DNA of 64,000 nucleotides from the human T2T-CHM13v2.0 reference genome, Homo sapiens. A program made the position numbers and the translations under genes. The first letter of the stretch is position 1; each line of letters opens with the position of its first letter. Shown here piece after piece: positions 15,433-29,639 of this stretch. The notes under the pieces are model-generated. The model was given only the letters and a program-made list of their open reading frames with translations. It was not told the origin of the DNA and did not search any database. Where the stretch lies: the NCBI RefSeq assembly GCF_009914755.1, contig NC_060933.1. One strand, 5' to 3'.

Positions 15433-16123
15433 CAGTATTTCCAAAACATGTTCCATGGGGTGTTAGTATGCATTTAAAAAAGATTCTGTGGGCAAACACA
15501 TGTGATAATTGCTGGGTCAAGCAAATCCAAATTTTGTACAATGGGACATCTCAGAGATCTTGATATCCTAATATACATCTTGAAACACTGCAGATTATTG
15601 GTGGTAGAAGGTACGGTTTGCTTCCCAGATGCATTTATTCATTGTCTTAGATTGGGTTTCCTGAAAACAGAAACTGTGATGGAGAATTGCATGAGGAATA
15701 TTTATTGGGGAATGTCCTTGGGAAGTTATGTCTGTGTGGAAGCGAGGAAGGCAAGATTGGGCAGAGGTAGAAGCTGAGCTGCCACACAGCTGCAATTGAG
15801 TCCTCCACTGATGCTACCAGGAGCTCTAGAACGGGGATGGGGCCTTCAGGGTGTTCTGAATTTGGGCAAGGAGGCTGGGCTTTTGTATTCCTGCATCAGC
15901 TTCATTGGCTGCTGGTTGCCCCCTCTTTGAAGCGGTTCCCTATGCTGAAGGCAGTTCCAAGACAGGGGTGCTGCTGTGGGTCTCAACAGCTGGGGGATGG
16001 GTGCATCAGTCCTGAAGAGGGAATCTGGGCAAAGCACCCTGGCATCTCCTTCAAACACAGAACATTTTTTCATGAACAATTTCATGTAACAATGTTGTAC
16101 GGAGCATCCTTTGGGAAATTCTG
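15433..16123. mobile_element. hAT-Charlie-type DNA transposon relic split by an LTR
   Basis: TIR-like ends cagtatttccaaa ... tttgggaaattctg. Confidence 0.5.
15643..16050 (-). mobile_element. Old ERVL LTR (LTR16/LTR33-like)
   Basis: tgtcttagattgggtttcc...tttattgggga pattern. Confidence 0.55.
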
Positions 16124-16225
16124 CCTTTGGCACTCTACTCCAAATGTGATCAACACTCCAGCCCTCTAAAGGAAGAAATTATACTCTTGACTCTTAACAG
16201 CAGTGATCAAAGCAATGCTAACTTG

Positions 16226-16960
16226 TGTTAGCGGTGGCAAATCTGTACAGGTCTGCAGCAAACTCAATTCTTGCCGCCTCAGAAGAAAGAATTTGACTGA
16301 GGGGCCTAAGGCAGAAGGAGAGGCGAAGGCAAATTTTAGAGCAGGAGTGAAAGTTTATTAAAAAGTTTTAGAGCAGAAATGAAAGGAAGTAAAGTACATT
16401 TGGAAGAGGGCCAAGTGGGAGACTTGTGAGATCAAGTGTGCAGTTTGACCTTGTGACTTAGGGTTTTATACATTGGCATACTTCTGGGGTCTTGTGTCCC
16501 TTCTCTCATGATTCTTCCCTTGCAGTAGGCCATCTGCATGAGCAATGGCCTGCCAGCACTTGGGAGGGGAGCATGTGTAGTGTGTTTACTGGAGTTGTGC
16601 ACATGCTCATTTGAGGCTTTCTTCCCTTACCAGTCAAATGTTCCTAGAAGGTCATATGCCAGTTAAACTCTGCCATTTTGCTTCTTAATGTGCATACTTG
16701 ACCCATGTCATGAGACCCAATAGGATCTCATTTCGCCCAACTCCTGAGATCTTATTGGGAAGCTGCTGATAATTAGTTTCAGGTGTTTCCATCCATTGGG
16801 AGACTGCCTTTCCATGGTGCTGGCTGTGACCAATGATTATTTAAGAGAGACAGGTAACAGCTGCATGACCATCACCTGATGGTCACCTGACATTCCTCGT
16901 TTGGGGTGGGGTCTTGGGGGAACCCTCTCCTACCCTGCTCATGCCTGACTAGCTGTAACA
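16226..16960 (-). mobile_element. MER50-like ERV1 solo LTR
   Basis: TG...CA ends, MER50-like body (gaccatcacctgatggtcacctgacattcc), 4-bp TSD CTTG. Confidence 0.85.
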
Positions 16961-18172
16961 CTTGGGGCTTGGAATTTTCTCCATTGCCATTTTAACAGAT
17001 TATTCTTCCGCTAATATAAGAAGAAGCTAAGTAGAGTTATGATACATGAGACAAGAGAAGAGGTACAAGATGCCGCACTTTCTCGTGTATTAGGCTTGCT
17101 CACGTCCTCTTCTTTCACATCCAGTTTGTCAATAACTTGTAATATCTTCTATGTCAATAATACAAAGACATTCCAACTCCCCCCTTGTCCTCCCTTTTGG
17201 CCCCCATACACCCTTGACACTTTTGAGGCAGATGGGATGAGGGAATTTAATTCTTTGATAATTTTCTCAATTTCTGCTATGGCTTTTGATTGATTTACAT
17301 TTTCTGCACATTTTCTCTGTCATTCTTGGCCATTTCTATTTCATCTAAAAGTTATCCATATTATCTAGGCAAGGTCCCAATAGAGAACCTCAAAAGGATC
17401 AATGGAAGAGAGTTTAATAAAATGACAATTCACAAAATTGTGGGCAGGATGAAGGGAAGTCAACCTGGGAAGGTGTTATCTGCTGGGAAGAGGAGAGTAA
17501 ACTGTTTTGGGAACCTAGGAGAACAGCTGCAGGAGAGGATTTCCAGGGGAGCTGTGCCCTTGTGTGGAGTGAGGGAGTCGTCCACAGCAGCTCACTGGGA
17601 GGGGACTGGGAAACAGTCCCTCCCTCCTTGTTGCTCCCCTCTCACACCTTCCCCTTGGCTGAACCCGAAGCAACTGGAAACCAGAGGGGTTGATGTGGCC
17701 CATATAGTTCAACCTGACACACAGCAGGCAGGACAAGGGCAGAGGGAGGATCAAACGGGCAAAAGAAAAATCCTGTCACCTAGGTCTTCGTAGACAGTTG
17801 ATTTACATACAGCTGAGTAAGGGCTCTCATAGTCTTTTTAGTTTCCTGTATATCTGTAGTTATTTTCTGATTTTGTTTTTCTCTTTTAAAAAGTTTGTTT
17901 ACCTGATGATTTACTTCTTTCTTGCACTTTCTTTCCTTTCTCTTTTTTCTCTCTTTCTCCCTTTCTTTCTAAATTAAGGAATTATTAATATATCTTCATG
18001 CTTTTAATTAGCTTATCTTTTTTATTATTTTATAATTCATAAATTTCTGCTTTTATCTTTTTCGAGCCCCCGTTGTGATACTTAAATTCATTGCTTTCTA
18101 CTTGTGATAAATACCTTTCTTTTTCTTTTTTCTTATCTTCTATTCTATTCTCTCAAGATTTCTCTATTTTTC

Positions 18173-18741
18173 TGTGATGGTTAATATTGTGTCAAATCGA
18201 TTGGATTGAAGGTTGCAAAGTATTGTTTCTGGGTGTTTCTGGGTGTTGCCAGAAGAGATTAACATTTGAATCAGTGGAATGGGAGGGGAAGACCCACCTT
18301 CAGGAAGACCCACTCATAATGTGGGTGGGCACCATCCAATCGGCTGCCAGTGAAGCCAGAAAAAGCAGGCAGAAGAAGGTGGAAGAAGCTGATTTGCTGA
18401 GTCTTCTGGACTTCATCTTTCTCCCGTGTTGGATGCTTCCTGCCTTCTAACATCAGATTCCAAATTCTTCTGCTATTGGACTCTTGGACTTACACCCGTG
18501 GTTTGCCAGGGGCTCTCAGACCTTTGGCCACAGGCTGAAGGCTGCACTCGCAGCCTCCTTACTTTTGAGGTTTTGGGACTTGGACTGAGTCACTACTGGC
18601 TTCCTTGCTCCTCAACTTGCAGACGGCCTAAGGTGGGACTTTACCTTGTGATCGTGTGAGTCAATTCTCCTTAATAAACTCCCTTTCATATATACACCTA
18701 TCCTATTAGTTCTGTCCCTCTAAAGAACTCTGACTAATACA
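18173..18741 (+). mobile_element. MLT2A (HERV-L) solo LTR
   Basis: tgtgatggttaatattg...ctgactaataca, AATAAA near 18673, TSD TTTTC/ATTTC. Confidence 0.88.
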
Positions 18742-18819
18742 ATTTCCCTCTACTCTCTACCAATTTGGAGGTAATACTTTATCATTTCAGTCTTTATTGG
18801 TTATCTTTACATTTATAAA

Positions 18820-19130
18820 TTTTATTTGTATTTTAGTAAAGTTTTTATTCTGCAATAATTTGATTTACAGAAAAGTTACAAATATAGAATAGAGAGTTTT
18901 TTCTAACTCTCACCATTTTCTATGTTAACATCTTATTTACCATGACATCTTATACATTGATACCATGTCGCATTTGTGGAAAACAAAAACAATCACCCAC
19001 AACACTGATGCATTAGCATTACTATTAATTAAACTCCAGATGATCTCTGGATTTTACAAGTTTTTCCACTAGTGCCCTTTTTCTGTTCCAAGATTCAATA
19101 CAGGATACCACATTGTATTTAGTACCCTTA
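18820..19130 (-). mobile_element. Old L1 (L1MC/MD-like) 3' fragment
   Basis: gatttacagaaaagttaca...caggataccacattgtatttagt. Confidence 0.6.
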
Positions 19131-19330
19131 AATTTTAATATACATCTTTGTTAAGATCTATTGGGTCTAGCCTCTGTTTGAACAATACAATAAAGATCTT
19201 AATCTTGCCATCCCCCAATGGTTCGCATGCTATTTTTGTTAAGTACTTTAAATCCATCTAGGTTTAAACTATTCTAAGTAACTCATTAATTTTGCTACTA
19301 ATTTTACAGCTAACGTTTATTTAGATTTAA

Positions 19331-19756
<426 letters not shown>

Positions 19757-19829
19757 TAAATTATGTCAGCATTTACCTGGCAGAAATGTCTTTCTGTGTT
19801 CTTGGTTAAAGAATAAAGTAGAAAATTTC

Positions 19830-20120
19830 AGCTGGGTGCAGTTACTCATGCCTGTAATCCTAGCACTTTTGGAGGCCGAGGTGGGTGGAACACTTGGGGT
19901 CAGGAGTTTGAGACCAACATGGAGAAGTCCCATCTCTACTAAAAATACAAAATATGCCAGGTGTGGTGGGCATCTGTAATCCCAGCTACTCTGAAGGCTG
20001 AGGCAGGAGAATCGCTTCAACCTGGGAGGCAGAGGCTGCAGTGAGCTGAGATAGCTCCACTGCACTCCAGCCTGGGCAACAAAGTGAGACTCCATCTCAA
20101 AAAAAAAAAAAAAAAAAAAA
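19830..20120 (+). mobile_element. AluS with small internal deletions
   Basis: Dimeric Alu with pure poly(A) tail. Confidence 0.9.
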
Positions 20121-20850
20121 TCTGAATATAGAATTTCAGGGTGAACACTTCTGTCTCTCAGGATTTTCATAATATTCCACTGTCTCATGGCTTCTATTGC
20201 AGCAGTTTAATTATGTTAGTTATTCTTCATTTTCTCTTTGCAGGTAATCTCTCTTTTCTCTTTAGTTGCTTTAAATAATTTCTCTTTAACATTGGTGTTT
20301 TGCAGTTTTAATGTACTGTTCTAGGTGTTGGTTTTATTTACTCTGCTTAGAATTTATGCTTATTAAATCTGGGGATGCATATCTTTCATCTATGTGAGAA
20401 AGCTCTTGGACATTATTTCTTTGAATATTGTCTCTATTCCTACTAGTCATGTGTTGGACCAACTCAAGTATCCTCCATGTTTCTTAACTTGTTTTATATT
20501 TTATATGTCATTATTTTTCTGTATTGTATTCTGGATAATTTTTTGAAATTTGTCTTACATAATCTGCTGTTTAAACTGCAATTCACTTTTTAATTTTAAT
20601 AAAAATATTTTCCATTTATAGAAGTTTCCTGTTGTTCTTTTTTATATCCACCTGTTCCCTTAGACTTCATTTCATGGAATCTAATTCTTTCCTTATATTT
20701 TTAATACTTCAAACCCACTTCCTTTATAGTTTATATAACATTGCTTTTCTGTTATCTGAAGCCCTTGATGAGTTAATCATCCTGCCCTGTCTACTACTTT
20801 TCATCCTTGGTGGATTGTTTTCTCAAGCACTTTGTAAGTCTTAATGGAAG
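20121..20850 (-). mobile_element. Old L1M fragment
   Basis: T-rich degenerate L1-like sequence (cattatttctttgaatattg). Confidence 0.5.
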
Positions 20851-22039
20851 ATGTGTTTCAAAGAGCTTTTGCTTTATGTTTTTTGTTAATTTCTTGGCTT
20901 GGACTTGAGACTATATATCCCATGTGCAAAGTTAAAATAAAAAATTTAAACTAGAGCAAGATACTGGCACAGAGGATTTTTTTGCCCATTTGAACCATTA
21001 CGGATATAAGCTTCCTGGTAATTTTGCTGGGCTCGTGGGGTCATTGAAGTTTGCATATCTTTCTTTCACTGGGTTGCAGCCCTTTGAGACTACCAACTTT
21101 TGTGGGGGTCTCAGCTTCAGCTCCCTAACTTAGGTATCCAAAGACCTCATGTACTGATGTGTATTTTTGCAAACCCGAATACTAGCTACTCTCAACCCAG
21201 CACCCTCCCCTTTCTTCCCTGTCCCTTGAGGCAGATGTCATATCCACTTCAGCTTACTGCTCTGACTCCCTGCGTTGTCATCCTGCTAGTTCCCTCCCCA
21301 ATGAGTTAAATAATCATTGACATGTGCTTACTTTGTATTTGTATGAGAGTCATGTCTTTTGAACTTAAAAAAAAATTGGCATTGTATCATTTACTACATA
21401 AGGATTTGACTCAACTCTTAGAGCTCTCAAGATTTAGTCTTTTGTTTGACTTGACATCCAACCTCAGAACCACCAAATTATTAGTATCCCTTGCCCTTAT
21501 CCAAGTTTGACTTCAATTATAACATTTCAGTGCCTAGAATAATTTCTACCTCCTTTAATCTTTCCTGTAGCAGTGCTCCTTGGAACATGTTTATATCAGG
21601 ATATTTTCCCTCTTCCTTTATTCCTTTACTATTTTTTCCTTCATTTGTTGAACGAGATTGGAAAGTAAGCTCCTTCTCTGTCTTACATGTGGTTCAAATA
21701 ACAGAGCCCATTACAGTATGTGGCACACAGTAATAAACAAGTAATAAATTTTGGTCAAATAGATAAATAAATGAATAGATGTGATCCATAGTGCCAGAAT
21801 TTTTCATGTGCAAATCAGTGAAATAGTGGCTGTTCTCAAGGACAGAGAGGAGAGAGACTTGCAAGCACTGAGTTCTAATTAAGGGATGCTATAATAGAGG
21901 GGCAGGTAAAGTATCATCATGGTAGATGAAAGGCTTCATGGAGAAGACGGCACTTGAGTTGAGTCTTGAAAGATGAGTAGAATTGGAATAAAAGTATGAC
22001 AGGCAAGGAAAAAGGCATAAGCAGATGCACAGACAGATG

Positions 22040-22450
22040 GAATCACTCCAGGGAGTGTATGGACCTAGGGCCCCAATGGCTGCTCTCTGAAATACACATT
22101 GGGTTTCTCCACGGCCACAGGTATTTCCCACAGCCTGCTCCTGGCCAGTGACAGAGTGAGACAGGGATACTAAGACTGGCCCATTCCTAGGAGCCATGGA
22201 ACTTTTTTTGTTGGCTGTCATTGTTCCCCAAAGGCCTTACTGCAACTGTCTTAGATTCTCCAGTAGTCTGAGACATTTCTAGCAGACTTTCCCATCCCTC
22301 TCTCCTTCACTTGGGGGTCAAACTGCCATCATAGCCTCGGTTCTTCCAGCCTTCTCCAACTGATTTTGTCTTCCACAAGTATTAGCCCTAATCAAATCTA
22401 CACATTTTTAATCCTATTTTTGTGCTTGCCTCCTGGCCATTCCAAATTAT
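22040..22450 (+). mobile_element. Old ERVL LTR (LTR16-like)
   Basis: ctggcccattcctaggagcc motif; resembles 15643-16050 in opposite orientation. Confidence 0.45.
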
Positions 22451-22641
22451 CACATATCACCTATATCTTCTGCAGGGAGCAGATAGAAAAAGACACTGCA
22501 TAGATTTATCTTGTTGAGGGCTTTTGATACCACTCTCAAGTTTGAGGCTTAGGCAGAGGGAGTGCTAGTGAAGATTTTAGAGGAAGTGAGATCTGGCTTG
22601 TATTTTAAGAAGATGATCATGGTAAAGGCAGGAAGGGTGGA

Positions 22642-23004
22642 TGTATTAGTCTGTTCTCATGCTGCTAATAAAGACATACCCAAGACTGGGTAATTTGTAA
22701 TTTGTAAGGGAAAGAGGTTTCATTGACTCAAATTCTACATGCCTAGGGAGGCCTCACAATCATGGCAGAAAGCAAAGAAGAAGCAAGGCATGTCTTACAT
22801 GGCAGCAGGCAAGACAGAGCTTGTGTGGGGGCACTCCCATTTATAAAGCCATCAGATCTCATGAGACATATTCACTACCATGAGAACAGTATGGGGGAAA
22901 CTGTCCCTGTGATCCAATTATCTCCACCTGGCCCTGCTTTTGACACGTGGGGATTATTACAATTCAAAGTGAGATTTGGGCGGGGACACAGCCAAACCAT
23001 GTCA
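22642..23004 (-). mobile_element. THE1C-like MaLR solo LTR
   Basis: TG...CA ends, perfect 5-bp TSD GTGGA. Confidence 0.9.
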
Positions 23005-24451
23005 GTGGATTTCTGGGAAGCTGTTACAGTGACCTGGATGAGGCTTGATGGGGTTGAGATGTGTAGGAACAATGAAGAAGTTGGCCTGACTTCATAGCTC
23101 CTGCAGAAGACAGTGCATGACGGGTGTGAAATTTTACCTTTTCTCAACTTTATGGAAAAGAAAGTAACCCCTATGTTGTTAGAAAGGGCCTTAAATGTGA
23201 AATGTTACAGAAAAAACAATCACTCTGGGCTCCCTCCACTGTTACATCCAGGCACGGCCTCACCCACAGAGTGTGCCTGAAAAGCAACAACAACGGTTTG
23301 TGCCTCTGTCTCTGGCCTTTTTTTTTTCTAAAGAGCAACTGAAAATGGAAAAAACCGTTTCCACTTCCGTGATTTTCTCTGTCTGGTGTCTCTGGGGAAA
23401 CTGTCCAGAAAACAAATCTCCCAAAGGCTCCTTGTGTTGTGTGAACCCAAATAGGGTGTGATGTGGTGTGAGAGAGTCCAATGAGGGAGGCTCTCACAGG
23501 TCTCTGGAGGATAGCATAGAAGTTCTGCATTTTAGATTTGAAAATAGAAGCAAGCTCAAGGAAGCAAGCGCTGTGTATAATGACCGGACGTGGGGGTGTG
23601 GGCGAGAGGGCTGAGATGGGAATTGTAACAGGCCTGTTGGCCAAGCCTGCTATAGTCCTGACTTCCAGTGCAGCTGTTCCCTTTATTCTCAGAACCAGAG
23701 CAGAAGAATGGTGCCCTGGAAAACAGAAGGGTGCAAGGGCCCTTAAAAGGCCCCTGGCAATGGTAAGTACAAGCCCTGCCATGCCCCGAACTAAACTGTC
23801 AAACTTTCAAACTTCCGGTTGAATGGGCACTCAAGGTTTCTTGCAAATAGGGAGCAATCAGGTGCTTGGAGGGCGAGTTGGCACATTTGCCTCCAGGCAC
23901 CCTTTCGAACTGAGGCCTTAGCAGCTTCCTATCTGAACAAACAGGAAGCCTATTAAAAATGCCCATTGTCCCCTCCTGCCTGTGCTGAAAGGACTGTTAA
24001 AAGACTAAATCTGCAGACCTCTTGCCAAGTCAAGAAACTCAGGGAGCATGCAGCTGCTGGTGCCACCTGTGTCTATCTAAGTCCAGCGAAGAGACTTCTT
24101 CCTCAGGGCACCCCCATTCTGGAGTGAAGATCCTACAGAGGCAAGAGCAGGCAAAGGTATTAAATGAGAAAGGAGGGAATAAAATGTAGTTCAGGGTTAT
24201 CATTTGCTGAAAGCGCTCAGCTCATTTCTCTTATTCCTCAGTTTCAGCAACAACCAGGAATCTGTCTCTGCATCCCCCACACCCCCCAACCTCTGAAATG
24301 TCCTGGCTGGGAATCAAATTCAATGTGAAACACCTGCCTTCCACTGCCGTGCCACAAACACAATACACCACATGCCAGTTGGCTGGGGGAGAAAAGGGGA
24401 CCGCGAAAGAAATCCGTGATGTTATTAAAAAGTGAAGTCTTGCTGTTGGCT

Positions 24452-24462
24452 TCTCTCTCTCT

Positions 24463-24509
<47 letters not shown>
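24452..24509. repeat. (TC)n(CA)n compound microsatellite
   Basis: About 22 CA units preceded by a TC run. Confidence 0.95.
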
Positions 24510-24511
<2 letters not shown>

Positions 24512-24769
24512 CCCCAGGCCTCTAAAATTTTGCACATGTCTCTGGCTACTCCACTGTCAATCAAACACTGAAAGAGACAGGCAGCCCACTCCTTGGTACC
24601 CTCTGTGGGTAACAGGTATATATGTAGGGGTGCGTGCATGTGTGTGTGTTATGAAAGAACTAACCCCGGGAAGGTCCCCAGCCTAAGGAGGGGATCAACA
24701 TCAGGAACATCAGATGCTTAGACCAGGCTCTCATACCCAACTTGGAAATGAATTCTGCCCTCAGCATTC

Positions 24770-25520
24770 CCAGCGCAGCCGCAAGATGCTTACAGGCCTG
24801 AGCCCGCCGGTCGACCCGTCCATAGGGAATGGTAAATGAGGTGTGGCGGTTGCTGGAGGAGGCCTGGCACAGCAAGGCTTTGTACCTTTTGAGTACAGCA
24901 GCCTCAGGACCTCGTGGGTGGCATCTGTGCATGACAGCGCTTCCGTTGGCTGCAGGAGGACAGTCCATGCCCCAGCATTGCCCCATCACTCTCAGGCCTA
25001 AAATAGAGGCCCAGTGTCCATGCCATGCCACTCTAGCTGGATGGCCCGAGAGTCCTGCTGTCTTTCAGCCTAGTGTCTCCCATTCCATCCGTGGTGGGTG
25101 GCTCCTAGCCAGCCCTCCCTGCCCTCCTGGCCTGGCCGGGCCATGAAGCGGCCGCTCCCGGCGGTCTGCGACAGACAGTGGGGCTCTGTAAGAGCAGTCT
25201 CCTGTGAGAAGCTGGATGTTATTCTATAGAGGGGACTCGTTATTAGAAGACCCAGAGGACCAGGGGTGGCACCTTGGGCTGTTTTCTTTCTCTTTGGCCT
25301 TCATTTACTTACCCTCTCGGAAGGAGCACAGGCCGCCGGCCGGTGCCCGCAATTCACTTGTCCTGGTGAAGGCAGCTTGACAGCTGCATAAATCACGCCG
25401 AGATACCACTAATAGGTTGCTGCCTGAGACTGTACTGGACCACCCAAGAGCGGCTCCGGGGGCCCTCTGAGGGCTGCACACAAATACAGTAATGCAAATG
25501 GCTTAACCCTTTGTTATTCC
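24770..25520. promoter_or_regulatory. CpG-retaining unique block with clustered TF motifs (candidate enhancer or promoter)
   Basis: Many CpGs including GCGGCCGC at 25148; TGACAG, CAGCTG, PBX-HOX, octamer and SOX motifs within 140 bp. Confidence 0.45.
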
Positions 25521-26329
25521 GCAGCATGCTGGAACCAAGGGGCTTCGTCATGTCCTCTCTCCTGTTGCTCCTGTTCCCCAGGAACAGCCTCAGTCTGTTT
25601 CTCAACTCTGCTCCCCACCCTAGCTTCTTACACCTCCTTTATTCCCCATCCATTCTTCCAGTTTCTCCAGGCTTCAGCTGAGGCTTGTGCACCCTGCAGA
25701 TAACGAGAGGAGGAAGGCCTCGCCAGGGCTGTTGGCTGAGGTGGGATGGCATTGGCTGAGGTTAAGAGAGAGGAACAGGCAGTCAGTGGCAGAGCAGGTC
25801 AGCAGGACAGTGGAGCAGGGCGCACGAGATTATGGCTCCAGGCAATGGCAAAGCCTACTTCTCGGCCTGAGGGGGAGAGCGGTGCCATGCATGCTGGGCA
25901 CTTGGGTTTCTGCACACAGCTCAGTGACAGACACCCTGGCCTCTGTCCCTGATGCAGAAGGGAAAGGGAAGCATGCAGTGAAGGTGGAGAGGGAGCCGTG
26001 CCTCATTTTCTTGCCCAGTGGAGAATCAAACCGAGGTTCTTTCTTTCAGCCACAGTCCTCAAGTGCTAACTATAATGCTCATCCTGTGTGAAGTGTGAGG
26101 GACACCAGTGTCCTGGCTTTCCAGAGCTCACAGCCCTGCACCACCCCAAGTGATAAGCCTCTGGCCAGCTGGCCCTCCCATTTCCAAGCTGTCCTCATGT
26201 TCTGCCTCTGCCCCTTTGCCTCCCTGTGCTGGAGATCACCCAGGACTGCTCCCACTCAGGGCTGCTGCATTATTTGTTGAATCTATGTGGCTCCCTCACA
26301 CCCTTCAAGCTTCTGCTCTAATGCCGTCT

Positions 26330-26920
26330 TCTCAGCCAACCTTTCCTAACCACTCTGTTTAGCACTGCAGCTAACCTCCAACATGGAACTCTGTAACCCA
26401 CTTCTCTGCTCTTTTATTTTATCCTATCTTATGTTTTAAGAGACAGGGTCTTACTTTGTCACCCAGGCTGGAGTGCAGTGGCATGCTCATGGCTCATTGC
26501 AGCCTCAAACTCCTGGGTTCAAGGGATCCTGATACCTCAACCTCCTGAGCAGCTGAGACTACAGGTGCATCCCACCAAGCCTGGCTACTTTTCTTATTTG
26601 TAGAGACAGAGTCTTGCTATGTTGCCCAAGGTGGTCTCGAACTCTGGGCTTCAAGCAACCCTCCCACCTCAACCTCCCAAAGTGCTGGGATTACAGACAT
26701 GAGCTGCCAGGCCCAACCTGCCTTATTTTTCTTTATAGCACTTAACTACTTCCAAATACGCTACATCATTTCCTTATTTTATTTATTGTGTGCCTTCTCC
26801 CACTAGTGGGGTAAAACTTTGAAGGTAAGAGCTTTGGATTACTCTGTTGGCTCATGTATCCTAGGTAATGAGAATATGGTCTCCACGTGTAGGTGCTCAA
26901 TACATATTTGTTGAGTGATT
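26330..26920 (+). mobile_element. L2 3' end interrupted by an AluJ
   Basis: Ends in gtaggtgctcaatacatatttgttgagtga. Confidence 0.65.
26411..26718 (-). mobile_element. AluJ
   Basis: Diverged dimeric Alu. Confidence 0.88.
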
Positions 26921-27127
26921 AATTACTATAACAAAGCAATGTGCAATGAGCCATGGGGACCTTGGGGGACTCAAGATATATTAGCCCAGAGGGGCTGGGA
27001 AAGGAGGCATGAGTCCTGAGTTTATGAGCTCAGGGATCAGTCACCGTGTCAGAGATGCTGGAAGCAATATTGGAATTAAGGAGATCCACTTCCTCTTCTT
27101 TATCTCTTAGCATGACACCATTGGCTC

Positions 27128-27862
<735 letters not shown>

Positions 27863-28644
27863 AACGTCCTGTTTATATGCTAAGCGTCGTTTTCCCCCTC
27901 CCCTAAGCTTGTTTTGGGCTTTGGCTCTGCTGACTTTCTTCCTACAGGTGGGCAACACTTACGCATCTTCGTTTTCACCTTTGCACATGACCTTCTCAAA
28001 GTGAAAGTAGTCTGAGAGCTCTTTGTGTGATTCCTGGGGACTTTTTAAAAAGGAGTTCCTGTCATCTCCTCCGTGTTGGAATCATTTGAGTTTGCGCAAC
28101 CGCATTTATTCCTGTATACTTATTTCTAAGTGTTTCTCAAGCTTCTGGAAGTGCTCTCAGCAATTCTCAAAGGTCTGTGCTTTGGTGTCTTGTTTCAGGC
28201 GGGCCTTTTAGTCTCTGGATTATTTCTACTGGGATGGATACTCTGCTCTATTTCATCCCCTCAAACTGATGCCTGAGAACAGCCCAGGCCCAGGTCCTGG
28301 CTGTGCCAGTTCTGTACCACCACCAAAGGCAGTGGGGTGGGGCAGGAGATAGAATCTGGTCGGTCATCTAAGCAGAGCTACCTGGGGGCTCCCCTCCTCC
28401 AGCATCCTCTCCCTTCTGTCTCTGCCCTGCTGTTCATCCAATACGCATTTGCTGAATACTTACGAAGCACAAGGCTCCATCCCCACCACCATGAAATATG
28501 AAAAGCTAGGTGCAGAAACACCCCCAAATCATGTGCAGGTGGGATTCCTGTGGAACTTCTGAATGTAGTGTCGAGAAAATGTCACTAGAGTTCAGGTGAT
28601 GAATTAGCTTTGTTCCTTTGGAATGCATTGGTTGTAAATCCCTT

Positions 28645-28967
28645 TTCTCTCTCTCTCTCCCCCCCCCCTTTTTTTTTTTTTTTGAGACAGTTTCGCTCTG
28701 TGGCCCAGGCTGGAGTGCAGCGGGGCGATTAATCTCGGCTCACTGCAATCTCCGCTTCCCGGCACAAGTGATTCTCCCACCTCAGCCTCCCAAGTAGCTG
28801 GGATTACAGGTGCACGTCACCATGCCTGGCTAATTTTTGTGTTTTTTGTAGAGACAAGGTTTTGCCATGATGCCCAGGGCTGGTCTCTAACTCCCGGTCT
28901 CAAGCGATCCACCCACCTGGGCCTCCCAATGTGCTGCGATTACAGGTGTGAGCCACTGAGCCCAGCC
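28645..28967 (-). mobile_element. Alu (J/S)
   Basis: Dimeric Alu with TC/C/T composite tail. Confidence 0.88.
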
Positions 28968-29149
28968 AACCTCTCCTCTTTTTAATCTGTCTTCCATCTT
29001 TATCTTCCACAGGGCCGGCCTTACTGTATACAGAGTAAGTGAGTGGCACTCAGGGAAGAACAGGAAACACAGCACTAGACTAGAAATGGACGGTGCAACT
29101 TAAGGGCTAAATACTGGGGGCAGGGTGTTTGGAGCTACACTTTTCATCT

Positions 29150-29550
29150 GTGCCATCAAATATCTATTACTTGAAATGTGACTAGTGCAACTGAGCCTGG
29201 TTTTCAAATTCTATTTATTTATTTAAACTTAAATTTTAAAATGATAACTGCTTCAATTATTGGGAAGCTTTTAAGTATCTTTAGAACAACTTGAGTACAT
29301 ACATTTACTTTTTCAATTGTACATTTTATGAAATAAATGCAGATGAAGTATTTCTGATGAAAATTTAGCATCTAAATTGAGAAGTGCTAGAGTTTGAAAT
29401 ATTTTATATTCTTTTCCTTAATGAGAAAAAGAAAAGCATATAAAATATTTCAATATTTTATATTAATTACATGTGAGAGATACACATTTTGAAAGAGTAA
29501 ATGAATGAGTCGAATAGAAACATTCTTGTTATTTGAAATGATCAGCCACC
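29150..29550. mobile_element. Charlie1-like hAT DNA transposon fragment
   Basis: acttgaaatgtgactagtgcaactgag and tatttctgatgaaaatttagcatc. Confidence 0.6.
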
Positions 29551-29639
29551 AACAGAGTTAACATTTATTAGGTGTATACTGTGCTCTGTATGTGCATACA
29601 GTGCACCAATTTTTGTGCCTCACTAATATTTACATTCCT

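Noticed and set aside
23171-23782. 203-aa minus-strand ORF
   Set aside because: No recognisable domain, overlapping ORFs on both strands and no supporting gene structure; longest unique ORF but compatible with chance
25257-25274. CTCF site (GACCAGGGGTGGCACC)
   Set aside because: Spacing is one base off the CCASYAGRKGGC core
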